Positions 8,731 to 17,124 of a DNA stretch of 26,721 nucleotides are shown one piece after another. The DNA is from Chloroflexota bacterium. GTDB lineage: Bacteria > Chloroflexota > Dehalococcoidia > DSTF01 > JACRBR01. A program made the position numbers and the translations under genes. Numbering within the stretch: the stretch's first letter is position 1; every line of letters starts with the position of its first letter. Under the pieces are notes generated by a model. That model was not told the DNA's origin. It made no database searches and saw nothing but the letters and a program-made list of their open reading frames with translations. The stretch spans positions 1 to 26,721 of the forward strand of contig JBBITS010000003.1 of assembly GCA_037440665.1 (NCBI GenBank), in the 5' to 3' direction.

Positions 8731-9270
8731 CTACGCCTCCTGACCCGCGTGCGTGTACCCCGCATCGAAGGCCTCCATGTTCAGCGCCACGAAGCGCTCC
8801 CGCACCGACGACCGGATGGCTTCCTCCATCGCCGGGCGGCTGACAGCCTGCGTGACCGCCGTGAAGAACCCCAGCATCACCACGTTGGCCGCCATGCGGT
8901 TCCCCAGGCGTTCGGCGATCGCCGTCGCCGGGATTTTGTGAATGGGCCAGCCCAGACCAGCGGGCAGCTCCACCAAGGTTTCGTCGACGAGCACTTGGCA
9001 GTTCTCGGCGAGGTCGGAGACGTACTTGTGAGCGGCCTCCTGCGACATCACCACGAGGACGTCCGGTTGGCTGACCATCGGGTAGTCGATGGGCATGTCG
9101 TCCACCACGAGCTGCGCCGCGCAGGCGCCACCGCGCGCCTCCGGCCCGTACGACTGCGTCACCACCGCCTCCTTGCCGTCGTGCAACGCCGCCGCCCGGC
9201 CCGTGATCAGCCCCGCCAGGATGATTCCCTGGCCACCGAAGCCGGCGAAGCGGATCTCCCGGCGGCTCAT
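8731..9270 (-). CDS. korC: 2-oxoacid:ferredoxin oxidoreductase gamma subunit (KorC/OorC-like)
   Basis: MSRREIRFAGFGGQG, QSYGPEARGG, ANVVMLG. True start is ATG 9270 (ATGA overlap with the beta gene), inside the longer track ORF 8731..10017. Confidence 0.92.
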   Translation of the reverse strand: MSRREIRFAGFGGQGIILAGLITGRAAALHDGKEAVVTQSYGPEARGGACAAQLVVDDMPIDYPMVSQPDVLVVMSQEAAHKYVSDLAENCQVLVDETLVELPAGLGWPIHKIPATAIAERLGNRMAANVVMLGFFTAVTQAVSRPAMEEAIRSSVRERFVALNMEAFDAGYTHAGQEA

Positions 9271-10094
9271 CCGTCTTCCTCCCACTCGCCGTACGGCGTC
9301 CGTTCGATGTCGATGAAGTTGCCCAGAATCAGCGGCTTGTGCGACCGCAGGTCGATGCCGCAGTCCTTCAGGTCGGCGGTGTCGTCGACGACGCACTCGA
9401 GCTTGTAGAGCTGCATCTCGTCGAGGCCCTCGCCGAGGTCGTTGGGGCGGCCAAAGCCGATGGGGCACGGCGCCAGAACCTCGACGAACGTGAGGCCACG
9501 CTTCTGGAACACGCGCTGGATGGCCTCCTCGAGCTGACGGACGTGCAGCGCCGACCAGCGGGCGACGAACACCGCCCCCAGCGACGCCATCAGGTGCACC
9601 AGGTTCAGGGCGTCTTCGGGGTTGCCGTAGGGCGTCGTCGACGTGATGGCGCCCCTGGGCGTCGTCGGACCGAGCTGCCCACCCGTCATGCCATAGTTGA
9701 AGTTGTTCACGCAGATGATGTTCAGGTCGATGTTGCGGCGGGCGGCGTGCAGGATGTGGTTCCCGCCGATGGCGAAGAGATCGCCGTCGCCGCTGATGAC
9801 GGTGACCTCCAGCTCCGGGTTCCCGAGCTTCAGGCCCGTGGCGAACGGTATCGCGCGCCCGTGCGTCGTGTGGAAGGAATCGATGTTCACGTAGCCGGGG
9901 ACGCGGCCCGTGCAGCCGATGCCCGACACGATGACGTGCTTGTCGGCCGGTATCGCCGACTGGACCATCGCCTGCACGTAGCAATTCGTTATCGGGCCAA
10001 GACCGCAGCCAGGACACCAGATGTGAGGCAGCCTCTCAGACCGGAGATACTGGTCGACCGGATGCACTTCGACGATCTGCTCAGCTCGCGCCAT
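9267..10094 (-). CDS. korB: 2-oxoacid:ferredoxin oxidoreductase beta subunit (TPP-binding)
   Basis: WCPGCG, SGIGC, HTTHGRA, GDGD...NN TPP motif, YGMTGGQ..PTT, final PCP. Confidence 0.93.
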   Translation of the reverse strand: MARAEQIVEVHPVDQYLRSERLPHIWCPGCGLGPITNCYVQAMVQSAIPADKHVIVSGIGCTGRVPGYVNIDSFHTTHGRAIPFATGLKLGNPELEVTVISGDGDLFAIGGNHILHAARRNIDLNIICVNNFNYGMTGGQLGPTTPRGAITSTTPYGNPEDALNLVHLMASLGAVFVARWSALHVRQLEEAIQRVFQKRGLTFVEVLAPCPIGFGRPNDLGEGLDEMQLYKLECVVDDTADLKDCGIDLRSHKPLILGNFIDIERTPYGEWEEDG

Positions 10095-11250
10095 CGCGCG
10101 CCTCCTTGATCGCCCTGACGATGCGCTCCGGGCGAAGCATCTCGCCGCCGCCGTGGTGCACGCCGAGCACGCGCTTCGACGAAAACCGTTGCACCTGCGT
10201 CGCCACCTGGCCGAGGTTCAGCTCGGCCACGACGAAGGCCTTCACGCGCTCCGACGTGTGCGACATCTGGGCCCCGGCGAAGGGCCACAGCGTGATCAGA
10301 CGCAGCAGGCCCGCCTTCAGCCCCTGCGCCCTCGCGACGTTGACGGCGTGCCGCGCCGAACGCGCGCTCGATCCGAACGAGACGACGCACACCTCGGCGT
10401 CGTCCAGCAGGTACTCCTCCCACTCCACGATGCGCTCCGCGTTGCGGATGATCTTGTCCGACAGCCGGCGCACGAGGCGGTCGTGCACGTCGGCGCTGGT
10501 CACCGGGTAGCCGCGCTCGTCGTGCGTCAGGCCCGTCATGTGGATGCGATAGCCCTCGCCGGCCAGAGGCATCGGCGGGACCAGGCTGCCGTCTACCGCC
10601 TGATAGATCAGCCCCTTGCCCGGCGGGAACGACGGCTTCGGACGCCCGGCGCGCTCGATCGCCTCCGCGGCCGGGATGATGACGCGCTCCGTCATGTGGC
10701 CCACGACCTCGTCGGAGAGGACGAACACGGGCTGCCGGTAGGCGTCGGCGGCGTTGAACGCCTTGATGGTGAGGTCGAACATCTCCTGGGGCGAGGCGGG
10801 AGCGTAGGCGATGGGCTCGTAGTCGCCGTGCGAGCCCCACTTCGCCTGCATCACGTCGGCCTGGCCGGCCAACGTCGGCAGGCCCGTCGAGGGTCCGCCC
10901 CGCTGCACGTTCACGACGACGCACGGCGTCTCGGTGATGAACGCCAGGCCCAGGTTCTCTTGCATCAGCGTGAAGCCGGGGCCGGACGTCGCCGTCATCG
11001 CCCGGCGTCCCGCCCACGACGCGCCCAGGATGCAGTTCATGCTCGCCAGCTCGTCCTCCATCTGGATGTAGTGGCCGCCCGTCCGGGGCAGGCGTTGGGC
11101 CATGCGCTCGGCGATTTCGGTAGACGGAGTGATCGGGTAGCCGGCGAAGAAGTCGCAGCCGGCGGCCAGCGCGCCCTCGGCGCAGGCGATGTCGCCGTTC
11201 ATGAAGTGCTGGCCCGTGAGCACCGTGGGCGCCGTTGCGACAGACGTCAC
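10081..11250 (-). CDS. korA: 2-oxoacid:ferredoxin oxidoreductase alpha subunit
   Basis: GYPITPSTE, QMEDELA, ATSGPG, QRGGPSTGLPT..QAD; single-domain 389-aa alpha typical of four-subunit OorDABC/KorDABC enzymes. Confidence 0.93.
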   Translation of the reverse strand: MTSVATAPTVLTGQHFMNGDIACAEGALAAGCDFFAGYPITPSTEIAERMAQRLPRTGGHYIQMEDELASMNCILGASWAGRRAMTATSGPGFTLMQENLGLAFITETPCVVVNVQRGGPSTGLPTLAGQADVMQAKWGSHGDYEPIAYAPASPQEMFDLTIKAFNAADAYRQPVFVLSDEVVGHMTERVIIPAAEAIERAGRPKPSFPPGKGLIYQAVDGSLVPPMPLAGEGYRIHMTGLTHDERGYPVTSADVHDRLVRRLSDKIIRNAERIVEWEEYLLDDAEVCVVSFGSSARSARHAVNVARAQGLKAGLLRLITLWPFAGAQMSHTSERVKAFVVAELNLGQVATQVQRFSSKRVLGVHHGGGEMLRPERIVRAIKEARDGAS

Positions 11251-11525
11251 GGGCCGCCTCCCACGTTCTCGGTGAAGATGGCGAACTCGGGGCAGATGAC
11301 CTGACAGAAGCCGCAGTTGACGCAGGCTTCCTCTTTGCCCGCGCTGACGACGGGGTAGTGGTAGCCCTTGACGTTCATGCCCTGTGACTCCTCGAGGACG
11401 TCCTCGGGGCAGAACTCGATGCAGAACTTGCAGCCCTTGCAGCGGTCAGGGATTGTGTAGACCTGTCCGCGCGGCAGAACCTGCCGTCCGAGGTCGAGAG
11501 GGCGGCGGACGAACGCGGCCACCAT
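11247..11525 (-). CDS. korD: Ferredoxin-like delta subunit (two [4Fe-4S]) of the 2-oxoacid oxidoreductase
   Basis: CKGCKFCIEFCP and CVNCGFCQVICP; GTGA overlap with the alpha gene. Start at ATG 11525 preferred over 11561 but uncertain. Confidence 0.88.
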   Translation of the reverse strand: MVAAFVRRPLDLGRQVLPRGQVYTIPDRCKGCKFCIEFCPEDVLEESQGMNVKGYHYPVVSAGKEEACVNCGFCQVICPEFAIFTENVGGGP

Positions 11526-11742
11526 GGCTGCAACCGCCTTACCGGCCCGCCGCGGGAACACGAGCCACCGCTATAGCCCTGCCGGATGGCAGGTACCAGC
11601 GACTCCCGGCAGACGCACCAGGGCGTCTTAAGGTTCTGAGACCATGCTGTATCGGCGGGGTAGCTTCAGAAAAGGGCCGAACGTACCAGAGCGAACCATA
11701 TCCATTAGCTGGCAGCCCTGTGGGGGAGTTACCCGGGGGCGC

Positions 11743-13923
11743 TCAATTGGCCTCTGCCACCTGGCCCACGGCCTCCGCCGGAGCGGAGGGGGCAGCTTCG
11801 ATGTGGACGGATGGGATTACGCGGTCGAGCCACCCGGGCAACCACCAGTTCAGGTTTCCCAGGAGTTCCATGGCGGATGGCACCAACACCATTCGCACAA
11901 GGCTTGCGTCAACGAACACGGCGACGGCCAGGCCAAGGCCGAACAGCTTCAGATCCCGCATGCCACCAAGAACGAAGCTCAGGAACACGCAGACCATGAC
12001 CGCAGCGGCGGCCGTGATTACTCTGGCCGTGGCGGCAAGGCCGTCGGCCACGGCAACGCCGTTGTCGCCAGTGCGGTCGTATTCCTCCCGTATTCGGGAC
12101 AAGAGGAACACCTCGTAGTCCATCGACAGCCCGAAGACGATGGCGAAGAGCATCAACGGCATCCAGGCCTCTATTGGACCAGCCTTGCTGACTCCAACCA
12201 GTTCCTTCGCCCAACCCCACTGGAAGACCGCCACCACTACACCGTAGGCGGCGCCTATCGATAGCAGATTCATCGCAATCGCCTTCAGCGGCACGATTAG
12301 GCTCCGGAACACGATCAACAGGAGCACGAACGACACCAGGAGGACAACGCCCATCACAAGAGGCAGCCTGTTGAATGTATAGGTGGCGAAGTCCTCGCTC
12401 GCGGGCGTCTGGCCGCTAACTTTGACAGACACGCCCGAATGGCCGACCGCCCGCGGAATGACATCATCCCTCAAGCGACGCACCAGGTCGCTGGTAGCCG
12501 TGTCCTGTGGCGCAGTGGCAGGAAAGACCTGCAGGATCGCCACGTCTCCATCCGGTGCGAGCTGCGGCGGCGTGACGAACTGAACGCCTTGCGTCCGCCT
12601 CAATTCCTCGGAGAGTTCGTCAAGGGCGCCCGGTTCAGCGCTATCTCCGCGGACTTGCGCAACCAGCAGGAACGGTCCGTTGAACCCGGGGCCGAAACCC
12701 TCAGACAAGAGATCGTAGGCCCTCCTGGTCGTATCCGATTGCGGACGGCTGCCCGCGTCTGCGAAACCGAAGCGCATGAAGAACACCGGCAGAGCCAGAA
12801 CAAGCAGGAGGCTGAGACTCAGCGCAAGCGCAGGCCACGGTCTTCGCTGTATGACCCGGCTCCAGCGGCGCCATACGGACGTCAGGCTCGTGGTTGCTTC
12901 AGCATGGTGGCGGTGGGGCAGGCCAAGTCTGTCGATGTTGCGGCCCACAAAACCCAGGACCGCCGGCAGCAACGTCAGCGCCGAAAGCATCGTCATAAGG
13001 ACGCCCAGCGACGCACCCACGGCCAGGCTGCGCATGCCGTCGAGATTCATGACGAACAGCCCGAACAGCGAGATGATGACCGTGCTCCCGGCGAAGAGAA
13101 CCGCACGCCCCGAAGTATCACCGGCGTGGGCGACGGCCCCTTCCGGACTCATGCCTTCGAGCAGCCCCTGACGATAGCGCGTGACGATGAAGAGCGCATA
13201 GTCGATCCCTACGCCGATGCCAATCATCGCCGTCATCTGACTGGTAAAGACCGGCATGTCGAGGAAGTTACTGGCGAGACGGACCAGGGCGATGCCGCAG
13301 CCGATTCCGAAAAGGCCCGTGACTATCGGCAACCCCATCGCCAACAGCGACCCGAAGGCGACGAGGAGGACTACCACCGCGGCGGCCACGCCAAGGATTT
13401 CGGTGGGTGACATCGCTCCTTCGGCGAAGATGTCGCCGCCCAATTCGATTCGCAGACCGGGAACGTCTATCTCGTCGCGATACTCCTTGATCTGGTGGCC
13501 GACGGCGAGATAGTCCTCCTGCCGCCTGTCCGCGAAATCCAGCGTCGCGTACGCGATGTCACCGCTAGCGGCAGTCTGATGGCTGGCCTCTTCGTCGTAC
13601 GGACTCGTCACACTTGCGCCCGGAACGTTCTCTTCAATCTTCCGGAAAAGGCCCTCCATGGTCTGTCTCACCCGCTGGTCATTGACACCGGCCTGCGCCT
13701 CGAACACGATCTGGCCCTCGACTCCGCTCCGCATGGAGAAGCCCTTCTCGGCCAGGATGTCGAATGCCTGCTGGCTCTCCGAGCCCGGAAGCTGGAACTC
13801 CGTCTTGGATTCCCCGCCGGCGATTCTCGCCAAGGCTACGAGGCAGACGAGAAGAACGAACCAGCCGAACACCACCAGACGGCGGCGGCGATAGCAGTAC
13901 GCGGCGAGTAGTCCGGTCATCAT
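11743..13923 (-). CDS. MMPL-family (RND superfamily) transporter
   Basis: Two TM bundles with extracytoplasmic loops; GIGVGIDYALFIVTRYR, GFGPGFNGP, FGLSMDYEVFLLSRIREE, ITAAAAVM, VRMVLVPSAM. Confidence 0.92.
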   Translation of the reverse strand: MMTGLLAAYCYRRRRLVVFGWFVLLVCLVALARIAGGESKTEFQLPGSESQQAFDILAEKGFSMRSGVEGQIVFEAQAGVNDQRVRQTMEGLFRKIEENVPGASVTSPYDEEASHQTAASGDIAYATLDFADRRQEDYLAVGHQIKEYRDEIDVPGLRIELGGDIFAEGAMSPTEILGVAAAVVVLLVAFGSLLAMGLPIVTGLFGIGCGIALVRLASNFLDMPVFTSQMTAMIGIGVGIDYALFIVTRYRQGLLEGMSPEGAVAHAGDTSGRAVLFAGSTVIISLFGLFVMNLDGMRSLAVGASLGVLMTMLSALTLLPAVLGFVGRNIDRLGLPHRHHAEATTSLTSVWRRWSRVIQRRPWPALALSLSLLLVLALPVFFMRFGFADAGSRPQSDTTRRAYDLLSEGFGPGFNGPFLLVAQVRGDSAEPGALDELSEELRRTQGVQFVTPPQLAPDGDVAILQVFPATAPQDTATSDLVRRLRDDVIPRAVGHSGVSVKVSGQTPASEDFATYTFNRLPLVMGVVLLVSFVLLLIVFRSLIVPLKAIAMNLLSIGAAYGVVVAVFQWGWAKELVGVSKAGPIEAWMPLMLFAIVFGLSMDYEVFLLSRIREEYDRTGDNGVAVADGLAATARVITAAAAVMVCVFLSFVLGGMRDLKLFGLGLAVAVFVDASLVRMVLVPSAMELLGNLNWWLPGWLDRVIPSVHIEAAPSAPAEAVGQVAEAN

Positions 13924-13973
13924 TCCTCCCTACCAGGGTGCGGTGCTGGCTGTCTGCTACGCGTGGAGCGTCG

Positions 13974-14246
13974 TCAGCCGACTTCCTTGAGCACTCGCTC
14001 GACCTCGGCAGTGCGCGTACGTAGCTCGGCCAGTTCGGTCGCTGTCCGCTCCAAGGCCTCGCTCACCTGCCGCTGAGCGGCAATAGCGTCTTCGGCCAGT
14101 CTGCGGTAGGCGTCCTCGCGAGCGACAGACATGCGCGCCCGCCACGACGCCCCGAGTTGCCAGAACGCCACGATCACCGCGCTGAAGAACATCACCACAG
14201 CTACAGCGCCAATGGCCACCTCGGTCCAGCTTGTGTCGGACTCCAT
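13974..14246 (-). CDS. Small membrane protein with one N-terminal TM helix and a C-terminal coiled coil, 90 aa
   Basis: GGAGG RBS; TGATG overlap with the ArsR gene stop; hydrophobic VAIGAVAVVMFFSAVIVAFW followed by heptad-like LAELRTRTAEVERVLKEV. Confidence 0.8.
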   Translation of the reverse strand: MESDTSWTEVAIGAVAVVMFFSAVIVAFWQLGASWRARMSVAREDAYRRLAEDAIAAQRQVSEALERTATELAELRTRTAEVERVLKEVG

Positions 14247-14632
14247 CAACGAACCTCCCACGATTCGTCTTGCGGCCGCTCCCGAGCGGTAGCCTGCGTT
14301 TCGGCCAGCGTCGCAACGGCCCTCGCTAAGACGGCAGGCGTCACCTCCAGATGGAACGGCGCCACCTCGAAGTACTTCATGGCTTTGCCCTCGGTAGAGA
14401 GTTCAAGCCTGCCAACCACTAGTCCGGCAGCTTCCAGACGTTGCAGGTGCAGATACAGCAGTGGGCGGCTCATTCCCAGGTCACGGGCGAGTTGGCTCAC
14501 GTAGTTCTGCCCTCTGGTGAGGGCCGCTACAACGCGCAGCCGCTGCGGATTCGCCAGCGCGGCCAGCACCCGCAGCAACTCCTCGCCCGACGGTTCCGAA
14601 CCCGCTATGCCCAACCTCGGCCCACCTGTCAT
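14246..14632 (-). CDS. ArsR/SmtB-family winged-HTH transcriptional regulator
   Basis: LAALANPQRLRVV, YVSQLARDLGMSRPLLYLHLQRLEAAGLV, GKAMKYF. Start at ATG 14632, not 14902. Confidence 0.88.
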   Translation of the reverse strand: MTGGPRLGIAGSEPSGEELLRVLAALANPQRLRVVAALTRGQNYVSQLARDLGMSRPLLYLHLQRLEAAGLVVGRLELSTEGKAMKYFEVAPFHLEVTPAVLARAVATLAETQATARERPQDESWEVR

Positions 14633-14665
14633 GCTATTCTTACAGGTGTAATATGCCACTGTCAA
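14623..14665 (-). promoter_or_regulatory. Sigma70-type promoter with an overlapping palindromic operator for the ArsR operon
   Basis: TTGACA (14665-14660), 17-nt spacer, TAAGAA(T); imperfect palindrome CACCTGTAAG-N6-ATGACAGGTG covers the -10 and the start codon; no SD sequence. Confidence 0.7.
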
Positions 14666-14669
14666 AGAC

Positions 14670-14704
14670 CTTCCCGCTTCCCGCTTCCAACCTCCTACTT
14701 CCAG
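14670..14704. repeat. Five degenerate heptamer tandem repeats (CTTCCNN)
   Basis: CTTCCCG CTTCCCG CTTCCAA CCTCCTA CTTCCAG. Confidence 0.8.
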
Positions 14705-14798
14705 CCTGCGCCCGTGGACCGAGGCGGGTGTTTCGGGTTCAATGCAGGACGCCGGGAGGGCCGGACCAAAGTCGGCATCACGCGAAAGGACCTGCGAG

Positions 14799-15572
14799 GT
14801 GGGTGACCTGTTTTCCATCGAAGGTAAGACCGCGCTCGTCACGGGCGGCTCGCGGGGCATCGGCCTCATGATCGCCCGCGGGTTCGTCGAGGCCGGGGCC
14901 AAGGTCTACATCTCGTCCCGCAAGGCCGACGTCTGCGACCAGGTGGCGCAGGAGCTATCGCAGGACGGGACGTGCGTCTCCGTCCCCGCCGACCTCGGCA
15001 CGGAGGCCGGCTGCCGCTTGCTGGCCGGCGAACTCGCGCGCCGCGAGGAGCGTCTGCACATCCTCGTCAACAACGCCGGGGCCAACTGGGGCGCGCCGTT
15101 GGAGGAGTACCCGGACGAGGCCTTCGACAAGGTCATCAGCCTCAACCTCAAGGGCGTGTTCCACCTCACGCGCTTCCTCGTCCCGCTGCTGGCGAAGGCC
15201 GCGAGCGACGACGACCCGGCGCGCGTCATCAACATCGGGAGCATCGACGGGCTGCAAGCGCCCGCGCTGGATACCTACGCCTACTCGTCGAGCAAGGCGG
15301 CGGTGCATCATCTGACGCGCGTTCTGGCGCACAAGCTGGCGCCGCAGCGCATCACCGTCAACGCCATCGCGCCGGGGCCGTTCGAGAGCAAGATGATGGC
15401 CGAGACGCTGCGCCGCTTCGGCGACGCCATCCGCGCGTCGTGCCCGCTGGGGCGCATCGGCCGGCCCGACGACATGGCGGGAACGGCGATCTACCTCTCG
15501 TCGCGCGCGGGCGCGTACCTCACGGGCGCGGTGATACCGGTCGACGGCGGCATCTCGACGCGGCATCAGTAG
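14799..15572 (+). CDS. Short-chain dehydrogenase/reductase (FabG/RhlG-like)
   Basis: TGGSRGIG, NNAG, NIGSIDG, YSSSK, IAPGPF. GTG start at 14799 behind AAAGGA. Confidence 0.92.
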   Translation: MGDLFSIEGKTALVTGGSRGIGLMIARGFVEAGAKVYISSRKADVCDQVAQELSQDGTCVSVPADLGTEAGCRLLAGELARREERLHILVNNAGANWGAPLEEYPDEAFDKVISLNLKGVFHLTRFLVPLLAKAASDDDPARVINIGSIDGLQAPALDTYAYSSSKAAVHHLTRVLAHKLAPQRITVNAIAPGPFESKMMAETLRRFGDAIRASCPLGRIGRPDDMAGTAIYLSSRAGAYLTGAVIPVDGGISTRHQ

Positions 15573-15573
15573 G

Positions 15574-15615
15574 AGCGGTCAGCTTTCAGCTTTCAGCGGT
15601 CATTCGTCAGCGGAT
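15574..15615. repeat. Six degenerate heptamer tandem repeats (AGCNNTC)
   Basis: AGCGGTC AGCTTTC AGCTTTC AGCGGTC ATTCGTC AGCGGAT, between the convergent SDR and treT stops. Confidence 0.8.
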
Positions 15616-16842
15616 GCCGGCGATCAGGCGCAGCTCATCTTCGATGAGCCTCGTGATCAGGAAGTCGCGCCGCACGCGCTCGCGTCCGCGCTCGCCGATG
15701 CGCCGCGCCTCCTCGGGGTGCGACAGCAGATAGTCGATTCGCGCCGCCCAGTCCTCTTCCCTCGACACCAGGAACCCGCCCTCGCCGTCGGCGATCTGAA
15801 GCGGAATGCCGCCGGTGTGACCGGCGACGATGGGCGTGCCCTTCCACGCCGTCTCCGACACCACGAGCCCGAAGCCCTCGCGGATCGACTTCTGGATGAC
15901 GACGTCCGAGCGCGACTGGAAGGCGTTGACCTCGATGTTGCCGACGCCATTGAAGTTCGTGCCGACGTGGATGTCCTGGTCGCCCTCGACGTCTCTGACG
16001 ATTGTCTCGTAGATGTTCCAGCCCTCGGGGTCGTCCAGCGCCATCGATCCGAGAAGCGCGAGCTGCAGGCCGGGATGCTTCTGCCGAAGCTCGCGGTACA
16101 CGCGGATGACGCCGATGGGGTCTTTCCACCGGTCGAAGCGCGAGACCTGCGTCAGCAGAGGCCGGTCGATGTGCACGCCCATCCAGCGTATGAGCCGCTC
16201 GGCGATCTCGCCGGGCAGCACGAGGTTCTTGGGGCTAAGGGGATCGATGGCGGGCGCGAAGCAGCGCGTGCGGCCGTCGCGCATCGGCTCCGGCACGAAC
16301 TGCGGCATCGTGAAGACGTGGGCGTCGTAGTTCTCGACGTGCTGGCTCAGGAAGTCCCACGCCGCCCGGTTGTAAGCCGACAGGTCGATGTGGACGCGCC
16401 ACACCCACTTCGCATGGTCCGGCGCGACGAACTGGCGGGCGGGCGCCGGCTGCGGGTCGTGGACGATGACGACGTCGAACTGGCCGGCCACGGACTCAGC
16501 CACGGCCCTGTTGTGTTGCAGGTAGGCCGCCTGTTCCTCGGGCGCGACCTCGAACGTCGGATCGCCCTGGAGCGCATTGTGAAGGCGTTTGGTGAGGGCG
16601 TAGAAGGGCGGCTCGGCGACGATGACGCCCCACGCGACGTCGAGGCCCAGGCCGCGCTCCAGCGGCACGATGGAGTTCAGAAGCTCGGCCACGCCGCCGC
16701 CGTAGGGCGTCGCGTTCAGGTGAAGGACGCGCAGGCCTCGCAGTTCCCCGGCAATCTCGCGGAGCCTCTCGATCTGAGCCTCGCCGGCGAACTCGGCGTA
16801 GGGCTCCGCGTCCTGCACGGCGGTGTCCACGAACCTGAGCAT
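15607..16842 (-). CDS. treT: Trehalose synthase TreT (GT4 glycosyltransferase)
   Basis: HLNATPYGGGVAELL, LHNALQG, HDPQP, WRVHID, AIDPLS.KN, SRFDRWKDP, QKSIREGFGLVVSE. Confidence 0.88.
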   Translation of the reverse strand: MLRFVDTAVQDAEPYAEFAGEAQIERLREIAGELRGLRVLHLNATPYGGGVAELLNSIVPLERGLGLDVAWGVIVAEPPFYALTKRLHNALQGDPTFEVAPEEQAAYLQHNRAVAESVAGQFDVVIVHDPQPAPARQFVAPDHAKWVWRVHIDLSAYNRAAWDFLSQHVENYDAHVFTMPQFVPEPMRDGRTRCFAPAIDPLSPKNLVLPGEIAERLIRWMGVHIDRPLLTQVSRFDRWKDPIGVIRVYRELRQKHPGLQLALLGSMALDDPEGWNIYETIVRDVEGDQDIHVGTNFNGVGNIEVNAFQSRSDVVIQKSIREGFGLVVSETAWKGTPIVAGHTGGIPLQIADGEGGFLVSREEDWAARIDYLLSHPEEARRIGERGRERVRRDFLITRLIEDELRLIAGIR

Positions 16843-16956
16843 GGGTCACCCCCGAAAACCGGCCGTCTGCCCATGATGGGCCGCCTCCCTCAGGCCGTCA
16901 ACGAGGTTCCCGGTGCTGGAGAGCGGCGTGCGGAGCACGTCCATCCACTCCCGTTC

Positions 16957-16970
16957 AGAACATATGTCCG
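16957..16970. promoter_or_regulatory. Possible LexA (SOS) box
   Basis: AGAAC-ATAT-GTCCG; one core mismatch to GAAC-N4-GTTC, spacer fits RNRY. Confidence 0.3.
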
Positions 16971-17124
16971 CCAACCGCTGCAAGCCTGGGGATTGAGCAG
17001 TCTGAGGCGCGAAGGGAAGCTAAATCGCGGTCGAGCGCTCAGAACGTTCCAGAATCATTTCATTCGCCCATAAAGCGCTGCTGGGCTGTCACCAAAGGGC
17101 CGAGAATCCAGACAGGCGAGCAAT

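Noticed and set aside
7366-9408. 680-aa plus-strand ORF and many other long alternative-frame ORFs (728..2032, 2973..4331, 4127..5449, 15718..17073 and others)
   Set aside because: Shadow ORFs overlapping well-supported genes in high-GC DNA; no recognisable motifs.
8731-10017. 428-aa ORF as a fused or extended gamma subunit
   Set aside because: The N-terminal part is an out-of-frame overlap of korB; the real start is 9270.
11602-11640. Short inverted repeat AGACGC-N6-GCGTCT upstream of korD as an operator
   Set aside because: 6-bp GC-rich arms are expected by chance; no matching regulator motif recognised.
16846-16944. 32-aa minus-strand ORF upstream of treT
   Set aside because: SD only 3 nt from the ATG, no recognisable features; too weak to call.
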